A stretch of DNA of 20,000 nucleotides from Alloascoidea hylecoeti (taxonomy: Eukaryota), in the NCBI GenBank assembly GCA_001600815.1, contig BCKZ01000021.1:419352-439351 (forward strand), written 5' to 3'. Shown here one piece after another: positions 11,105-19,190 of the stretch. The notes beneath the pieces are model-generated. The model ran no database searches, was not told where the DNA came from, and saw only the letters and a list, made by a program, of their open reading frames with translations. The stretch's first letter is position 1; each line of letters starts with the position of its first letter. The translations under genes were made by a program, and so were the position numbers.

Positions 11105-13114
11105 ATGGCTCAACAACAGATGATGGCAATGCCAGACCTGTCAAATGCTATTGTAGCTCAGGATGAAATGGGAAGGCCCTTTATTATTGTTAGAGAGTAT
11201 GTTGTCTTCTGATTTGATCTATTGAATATGACACGAATATAATGGAATTTATTTTTCATATATGTTCAAATCGATCCAAATGTTCTTTCTGATTAAAACT
11301 ATTTTTTTTGGTGCATCTTAATGGCTCATGAAAAGAAATCAATTAAATTTGGAATTTGGATCATTGTTGATGATTAATACTAACGTGTATATTTTTTGAT
11401 TTTATTTAGTCAGGGAAAGAAACAAAGGTATATTTATAATAATTAAGATAATCTGATCTGGAATTATGTAAAATTACTTCTTACTAACTTTTTTAAAATT
11501 TAGAATACATGGAATTGAAGCTGTTAAGGTAAGAATCATTATATATATTTTGATTACTGATCATTGATCGTTTAACTGACAAATACATTATAGAGTCATA
11601 TCCTAGCTGCCCAAGAAGTTTCTAGTATCCTCAAAACTTCATTAGGACCCCGTGGTCTTGATAAAATTTTAATATCACCAGATGGTGAGATTACAATTAC
11701 AAATGATGGTGCAACAATTCTTTCTCAAATGCAATTAGATAATCAAATTGCTAAACTATTAGTTCAATTATCAAAATCTCAAGATGATGAAATTGGAGAT
11801 GGTACGACTGGTGTTGTTGTTTTAGCAGGTGCTTTATTAGAACAAGCATCATCATTAATTGATAAAGGTATTCATCCTATCAAAATTGCAAATGGTTATG
11901 ATGAAGCTTGTAAAATAGCAGTTGATCATTTAGATGAAATATCCGATGAAGTACCTTATTCTTTAGAGAANAAAGAAAATTTATATAAAGCTGCTTATAC
12001 ATCCTTAGGTTCAAAAATTGTTTCAAAAGCTCATGAGAAATTTGCTCATATTGCTGTTGATACAGTTTTATCAGTTGCCGATTTAGAAAGAAGAGATGTT
12101 GATTTCGAATTAATTAAAGTTGAAGGAAAAGTTGGTGGATCTGTTGAAGATACTTCATTAATTAAAGGTGTTATAATTGATAAAGATATGTCACATTCAC
12201 AAATGCCTAGAAAAATTGAAGATGTTAAAATTGCAATTTTAACTTGTCCATTTGAACCACCAAAACCAAAAACAAAACATAAATTAGAAATTTCAACTGT
12301 TGAAGAATTTAAAATTTTACAAAATTATGAACAAGAAAAATTTATTGAAATGATTAATTTTGTTAAAAAAGCTGGAGCAAATTTAGTTATTTGTCAATGG
12401 GGTTTTGATGATGAAGCAAATCATTTATTATTACAAAATAATTTACCTGCTGTTAGATGGGTTGGTGGACCAGAAATTGAATTAATTGCAATTGCAACAA
12501 ATGGAAGAATTGTACCAAGATTTGAAGATTTAACACCTGAAAAATTAGGAACTGCTGGAATTGTACGTGAATTGGAATTTGGCACTACTAGAGATCGAAT
12601 GTTAGTTATTGAAGAATGTGCAAATACTAGAGCCGTCACTGTATTTGTTCGTGGATCAAATAGAATGATCGTTGATGAAGCTCGTCGTGCTTTACATGAT
12701 TCATTATGTGTTGTACGAAATCTTATTAGAGACAATAGAGTTGTTTATGGAGGCGGTGCAGCAGAAATCACTTGCTCATTGGCAGTTTCTGAAGCCGCTG
12801 ATAAACAATCGGGCATTGATCAATATGCAATGAGAGCATTTGCAAACGCTTTAGATGAAATTCCAATGGCATTAGCTGAAAATTCCGGATTACCACCAAT
12901 TGAAACATTATCAAATATCAAATCAAGACAAGTTAAAGAAAATAATTCAAGATTAGGTGTTGATTGTTTAGGTAAAGGTACAAATGATATGAGAGAAGCA
13001 TTCGTTATTGACCCCTTAATTGGTAAAAAGCAACAATTATTATTAGCTACACAATTAACACGTATGATTCTGAAGATTAATAATGTTATTATTTCGGGTA
13101 AAGAGGATTATTAG
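11105..13114 (+). CDS. CCT5: CCT/TRiC chaperonin subunit epsilon, 551 aa. Exons 11105-11196, 11410-11427, 11504-11528, 11594-13114
   Basis: Spliced N-terminus [51 protein letters not shown]...[10 protein letters not shown]...TNDGATIL. Also GDGTTGVV and the CCT5-typical [15 protein letters not shown] and [13 protein letters not shown]. Introns are GT...AG with TACTAAC or CTGAC branch points. Confidence 0.96.
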
Positions 13115-13209
13115 TTAATTAATTGTAAGAAAATATACCCTATATAATAGATGAAGAAATAAAGAAAAAAAANCCCCCAATTGCACAAATATTTCCAAGT
13201 AAACTAATA

Positions 13210-14265
13210 TTATATAATACTCCAAGTTTCTGGGTACTTCCAATCCATTATATCAATTTCTTGATTAACTGAGATTATTTCTGTACATTTAAGTAGTTCA
13301 TAAGCTATAATTTCATACTGATTCATTTTAAGAAGCGCTTCCCTGTTATAATTCGTGGTGAACTTCGAGCTGGGATCCATATCTGATTTTGTAGTTAGNG
13401 AAAGGCCAATAACGTCAGAAAAAGAAGATCTAGAATATATTATATCAGGGTCCTCTATATCATCTATATCCTCAGGTATTATATTTTTGCCAGACTCTTT
13501 TAGTAGCTTTGCCTCGTTCAGTCGGCATAGGAACTTTGCATATGAAGGATTGGTACCAGCTGCAATGACATTATGATTATTCGAGAGAGAACCAATATTA
13601 TTGAANGAGTCTCTTGAGTCTGGGTCCAATATATGATACTGAACAAAAGGATTAGATAAGGCGGATGATCTAAAATTAAATAAAGTTCCATTGTTAGTTT
13701 GAATAATTAGTAGCCAAGCCTATAATGTTCTTACATGTTGACAATTGGAAGCGAGTCGCTATCAATTAACGCACTGACACCAACCACGATCACTTTGGCG
13801 AATTCTGCTTCATCTATGAAGGGAATAATGACTTCGTTAAGAAACTGTGATGATCTTCCTGGAATGATAGAGGCCGCTTGTCTCAGAATAGACACACCCA
13901 GCCGTTGGCATTGAAATACTAAATTAAAACAGAATTATAATGTTAGTTTAGCCCTGCGCCCTACAAAATNAAATCTCAGCCCCACCTTCTAAAGATGTGG
14001 CCATTTGTGCTCCAACACTCGTACCAAAGCCCAAAATGTCCTGAATGGGCTGGACCCGGGGGACTAGCTGTCGGTCGTCCAGTCTGGCCACTGGTTTGAA
14101 GTGAAATGTTGATATCAGCAAGTCGAGTGCGTTGAGTATGGTTTGGCCATTCTGCTTGGTTGTACTTGATCCAGTGGTTATCACAGGAACGATTAAAGTA
14201 GTCTGTTGAAACGACAGAAGCGTCTGGATGGAGTTCTTGTGGCCTATTCCTGAAAAGCAAGACAT
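13210..14265 (-). CDS. Divergent proteasome assembly chaperone 2 (PAC2/PSMG2/Add66-like), ~307 aa. Exons 14265-13986, 13918-13735, 13669-13210
   Basis: Two introns (13985-13919 and 13734-13670, each with AACTAAC and TTTAG) join the two ORF-track pieces in phase through a hidden 184-nt exon. The protein follows the PAC2 pattern: TLIVP..., ALDLLIST, RLDDRQLVP, TSLEVF..., SILRQAASIIPGR..F, F.KVIVV, and C-terminal WKYPETW (W..P.SW). Confidence 0.72.
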
Positions 14266-14346
14266 TTATAAATTTGGAGTGAATATTGGGTTAGAAAGGG
14301 AGGAAAAGAAGAAGTTCAGACATTATTTATATAATATTCAATTAGT

Positions 14347-14404
14347 TTATTTTTTATTTTTTTGTTTTTATTTTTTTATTTTTATTTTTATTTTTATGTT
14401 TTAT
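14347..14404. repeat. T-rich low-complexity tract, imperfect (TTTTTA)n
   Basis: Directly visible. It lies in the 268-bp divergent PAC2/NPA3 promoter and is probably nucleosome-excluding. Confidence 0.7.
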
Positions 14405-14533
14405 GAGAAGACATAATTATTTGTTATTATGCATACAGCCCAAAAAATTTCAATCCTTCCACAATATTATAAACCTCCTACCAATTCTAAATATTCTTCA
14501 CTCACACTTACAAACTACAAAGACAACCAAAAA

Positions 14534-15893
14534 ATGCCCCCTGCAACAATCATATGTATAGGAATGGCCGGTATGATCCTAATTATTTTTGTTCTTTGTT
14601 TCTTGCCCTCCATCCTAACATTATAATAATCTACCACTAGGTTCCGGCAAGACAACCTTCATGCAAAGGCTCAACAGTCATCTACACTCTGAGAAGAAAC
14701 CTCCTTATGTTATTAATCTAGACCCTGCCGTTCTTAAAGTTCCATATGGTGTAAACATCGATATACGAGACTCCGTAAAGTACAGAAAGGTCATGGAACA
14801 GTATGTCTTATGTTTTTATTTTGAGTATTGCGCAGCTTTACTAAACACATTTTATAGGTATAATTTAGGCCCTAATGGTGCCATAATGACTTCCTTGAAC
14901 TTATTCTCTACAAAAATTGATCAGGTTATTCAACTTGTTGAGAAGAGATCATCTACTTTAGAGTAAGTCTAATTTTTCAGTTTTTTATTCTTTTTTACAA
15001 TTGAAACTTCATCTAACAAATTTTTTAGACATGTTTTAATCGATACACCAGGTCAAATTGAATGTTTTATTTGGTCCGCAAGTGGTTCAATAATAACTGA
15101 ATCTTTTTCTTCTACCTTCCCAACAGTAATTGCTTATATTGTTGATACNCCAAGATCTGCTTCACCAACTACTTTTATATCAAATATGTTATATGCATGT
15201 TCAATTCTTTACAAAACAAAATTACCAATGATTATAGTATTTAATAAAATTGATATAAAAGATGCTTCTTTTGCAAAAGAATGGATGACAGATTTTGAAA
15301 AATTCCAAGATGCTATTTCCGAAGATATTAAAACAAATGAATCAAATGGTGCTGATTCAGGTTATATGGCAAGCTTAGTTAATTCAATGTCTTTAGTATT
15401 AGAACAATTTTATAATCATTTGGATATTGTTAATGTCTCTTCTTATACTGGTGAAGGTTTTGATGAATTTTTAAAAGTCGTTCATGATAAAAAAATTAAT
15501 GAATATGAAAATGAATACAAAAAGGATAGGGATGAATTAATCAAAAAAAGAAAGGAAAAAGAAGAAAAGAAAAAACAACATGAATTATCAAAGTTAATGA
15601 AAGATATTGGTATCAGTGATGATAAAGAAAAGAAAGAACCAGTCTTTGCTGATTCTATTTCTGATACTGAAAGTATTGATTCAAATGCTTCCGGGGAAGG
15701 TTTATTAGAAAGAGATGAGGATGAATTTGGTTCTGATGAAAGACGGTTTGATGATAGACAAGAGCAACTGGATACTAGTGATAATTTGCAGCAAAGGTAT
15801 CAACAAGCTTTAAAGACAAATTCAACTAAGAATAATTCTACGGGGGATGAAACCATGGAAAAGGTTGCAAAATATTTAAGAGACACAAACTGA
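14534..15893 (+). CDS. NPA3: GPN-loop GTPase 1 (Npa3/Gpn1), 388 aa. Exons 14534-14570, 14641-14800, 14858-14962, 15029-15893
   Basis: The spliced product has the P-loop [36 protein letters not shown] and FNKID motifs, plus an acidic/coiled-coil tail. Introns are 70, 57 and 66 nt. Confidence 0.95.
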
Positions 15894-16134
15894 TATCACT
15901 AAATAATACTACATGTAGTACTATAAGCTTATATAATATAAGAATAAGAAGTCCTACATTCTTTTTTCTCCATCTAAAGTTACCCTCACATTTAATCAAA
16001 CTGGGCGTCCAGTTTAGTTCCCAATTTTTTTTCATCTTCTCCTTCTATAGCTATATCTTTGCTATCATCGTTATGTAGAGATTTTAAGTTACTAGTGAAA
16101 TATATAAACAATTACAATGTATGACACAACCAAT

Positions 16135-17158
16135 TTAACTTGATGGATTCCTTGAATTCCTTGAACCAAGAACACCACCAACAACTGNTGCAATGATGAT
16201 ACAGATAATAAGCACTATGATCCAAAAACACCAACACCTCCTCCTTCTTAAGTTATTTGCACTTATTACAGCTTTAACTGTATGTCCTGTTCCTTTTTCA
16301 ATATCTTTTTGAGCATCTTCAACTCGTAGGTCAATTTCTTGGATAGGAGCTTCAAGTTCAGCGGTTAGTTCCTCCATGTCATGAAACAATTGGTTTAGTT
16401 CGCCCATTGTTTTCTCCAATTTTTGTAGTTCTCTGTGACGTAATTGAACTTCACTAAGAGCCGATCTAGCTTCACCTCGTTTATTTACATTTAACATCGC
16501 CTGGGAAAATAATTGAGATCCATTANTGTCTTCAATGGCGTCGTGTACTCCGGAATCAGATGCTTCAGGACGAATGATTCTATATTGTCTTTCTGCACGT
16601 TTCTTACTATGGGCTTTATATTCAACATCTACTTTCCTGTAATCCTGAATCAACCCCATAAATCTATTTAAAACCGCCTCTGCTTGAGCGTACTTTGCCT
16701 TATCATTTTGACCTTCAGTTTTCACTTGTTTGATCTGTGTTTTTAAACTTTCAGCCAAGGCCGACGTAGTAGCAACCAAAGAGTCCACCTTCTTAGTAAG
16801 GAGCTCTTCATGGGCTTCAGATACTTCATTCAACAATTGTTTGTATGAAGTCTGAATGCTGTTGATATTGGTAGCATATTGATCTAATCCTCTGTTGATT
16901 ACATCAATGTCTTGCATAAAAGTACCGAAGTCATCTCCTTGATTAATCTAAATAGATGAATAAAAGTGTTGTTAGTTTACAAGAACGTTTAGCGTTGTTT
17001 TCGTCCCAGTTTTCATAAGCTGAAGAAACAAAAATATATCACCTCCAAACTTTCTTAACTTTCTAAAATCTCCCGAATGAATTGACCAAGTCAGAGCAAG
17101 ATCGCTGTAACTGGAAACAAGACAAATAACTTACTCCTTGATATTTTCCGTAGCTCAT
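16135..17158 (-). CDS. SSO1: Plasma-membrane syntaxin (Sso1/Sso2-like Qa-SNARE), ~278 aa. Exons 17158-17135, 16947-16135
   Basis: Habc helices, RQYRIIRPEAS, SNARE motif (LSEVQLRHRELQKLEKTMGELNQLFHDM), a basic RRRR stretch and a C-terminal TM helix. Exon 1 (MSYGKYQG, donor GTAAGT) joins in phase 0 to the AACTAAC...TTTAG acceptor at 16948. The first exon is less certain than the rest. Confidence 0.88.
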
Positions 17159-17607
17159 GATCATATTAAAGAGAATGTTCACACCAACGCACACAAAATG
17201 GAAGCTTTTATAAGAGTTACTCAGAGTTACTAGGGCTCTGATCCTAATTATACAGGTTTTACAATTGATGTAACGATTATTTATCTTCATTGCAAAGCAC
17301 TCTCTTATNATGATTATAATTGGGCTGAAAACCAGCTAGGGGGAAAATCGTCACAATCGCAATTTAATTTCCAGCAAAAGGAACTATACTGTANNATTAT
17401 NTCTCCCATATGGTANGCCCACAAGTTTTTAGAGATAAGTTAACATGATCAACCGATAATATTATTTTGGTGTGACTGCAATAGATAATGGCAGTTGCAA
17501 AATTACAATTGGTCACAATTATTATAAGAGTTAAATTTAGATAGATTTAGTATAATATACCGTGCCCTACTCTTAACTTTCTGGTNGAAGATATAGCCAT
17601 AGGACTA

Positions 17608-17615
17608 TATATAAA
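17608..17615 (+). promoter_or_regulatory. TATA box, candidate promoter of the downstream ncRNA
   Basis: TATATAAA lies just upstream of the structured region. No + strand CDS starts for ~1.6 kb downstream. Confidence 0.35.
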
Positions 17616-17649
17616 TATTAAAGCACCCGTTTGTAGTTACGCCAAACAG

Positions 17650-18955
17650 TAGTATGCCCCTTTTAGAGTGCCATATCCAACATAGATTTCTTGATGTTTT
17701 ATGAAGATGAAGAATCAAACATTCAAAATTTGAAAAGTCAATACTGTACTACCTAGTCCTATGCTTAGAGCAGTAACTCAATCGAATTATAATTATCTGT
17801 TGGTTAATATAATTAGTATTCATAATTTACATAATAGATATGACGAGTCTTAATGAATGGAGATCTATATCGTAGTTAGTAATTATTAGTCACCACAACT
17901 AGCCAGTCACACCTATCACCATCCAAGGAAATATACCCCCTAAGAATCTATTAATAGTTTCAAAACATTAAACGCTAGTACCAGAAACTGCATAGGGGCC
18001 ATGTTATAAATATTGCCGTTTGATATGAATTGTGTTGTCTGTGGGTAAAACATATAGAGCTAAATAGTGGTGTTACATATGCATCCTTATACATTAATAC
18101 CTCCTTCAAGTAGTCTAATGCATCAGCGAATATAGTAAACTGGACACTGTGNACAGGTTAAAAACTACCGGAAGAGCGCTGCGAAAGTAACAGATTTACG
18201 CTGCACTTTACACTCGTGAATCATCATGAACTGTTTCCATGAACAGCACCACTATGCGAAACCCTCACTTCTTGCCTTAACCGGAGTACGTGTGAAGTGA
18301 ACCTTGTCTGTGACGTCTCAGGAAAGAGGACACTAAGTTCAGAAACCTTCTCCGGTATACCACATAAATCGTTAAATTCTCAAGTTNGGGAAAAATATTA
18401 ACTTTTCCCGTGGCAGTTACAATAACATGGTCATTCACAAGATANTTATTATGATAAACATTTTAAATCAATTATAAGTAACGACCGATAAGCAAGAATA
18501 ATCTAGCTGATAGGTTGCACGGTTGGAGTAAAGTTCAGTAAGCTCGATGGTTAAGATGATCATGCATATGTTCCTGCTAAAAATTTATAGTTGGGCGGTG
18601 TTATGAGTAGTTTTCATACACAGCTGAATTGAATTTTTTTAATCTGCGAAGTTCTGGAATTATCAAATCTNGAGTTTTATGTAATTNAGAGTCCTCTATA
18701 AATTATTTATATGTATGCATTTCTATATATGGCTAAAACTATTTATGCAGGATGTTGTTTAAAGTTCCATTAATTTCCATTTTGGGCCGCGCAAAGCACA
18801 TCCAAAACAAGCAAATACNAATTTTATATACCGGTATAACAATAATTATAAAAGTCCTTATAATCAAACATTAATTCGTCTCTATATAATTAGATACCGG
18901 AGTTTGTCTCATTGAAAGCTTATGTATTACTAAAAGAACAGTACTATTTTTGAAA
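17650..18955 (+). ncRNA. Putative telomerase RNA (TER/TLC1-like); 5' end approximate
   Basis: ORF-free region with manually found pairings in TER order. Helix 18158-65/18754-62; boundary helix 18166-72/18351-57; template-like ATACCACATA 18357-66; nested stems 18562-71/18711-20 and 18582-90/18696-704, crossed by 18602-14/18735-47; P6-like hairpin 18831-18900; P6.1-like GAG-TTTGT-CTC 18900-10; Sm site ATTTTTG 18946-52. G-U pairs in the stems favour the + strand. Confidence 0.6.
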
Positions 18956-19190
18956 TATAGTTATAATCGGATATATTTTCACGCACCATGGTTGGTGAAT
19001 TTATATACTGTTATTTAAGTGTATAGAGAGCGATATATTTGTAAGAGTTTCTAATATGTTACAGATATATATATAGAATCCAAAGGTGATTTAATAAGTT
19101 GAAATGGATATAAGTAACTGAATATCCACAACCAAAATATACTTTCTTTTTTATTTCTGATAAAATACCTCAAGTTATCACTCTTTTACT

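Noticed and set aside
11105..13114. Alternative yeast code (CUG-Ser/Ala)
   Set aside because: CTG occupies conserved Leu positions (PDLSN and MILKI in CCT5), consistent with the standard code, although the sample is small.
6739..13576. Overlapping or antisense ORFs 6739-6933, 7090-7272, 7648-7836, 8067-8315, 9146-9352, 12421-12735, 13355-13576
   Set aside because: They overlap well-supported genes or the relic region and have no motifs.
13210..13640. hAT transposase relic (ILDP..., DIMDWK.YP resemble hAT motifs)
   Set aside because: The segment splices in phase to PAC2-like upstream exons, and W..P.TW fits the PAC2 C-terminus. No TIRs or catalytic motifs were seen.
13976..17290. ORFs 13976-14260, 14228-14416, 14429-14626, 15838-16035, 17063-17290 as independent genes
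   Set aside because: They are explained by an alternative frame in a GC-richer exon, a T-rich tract, terminator sequence, or read-through of NPA3/SSO first exons into introns.
18123..18227. Minus-strand C/D snoRNA (ATGATGA ... CTGA)
   Set aside because: No recognisable rRNA antisense guide, a minimal terminal stem, and G-U pairs in this region favour a + strand RNA.
18080..18360. U1/U2/U3/U4/U5/U6, SRP, RNase P/MRP or hammerhead ribozyme
   Set aside because: Their diagnostic motifs are absent; the only resemblance is an 8-nt match to the U4 5' end (ATCCTTAT).
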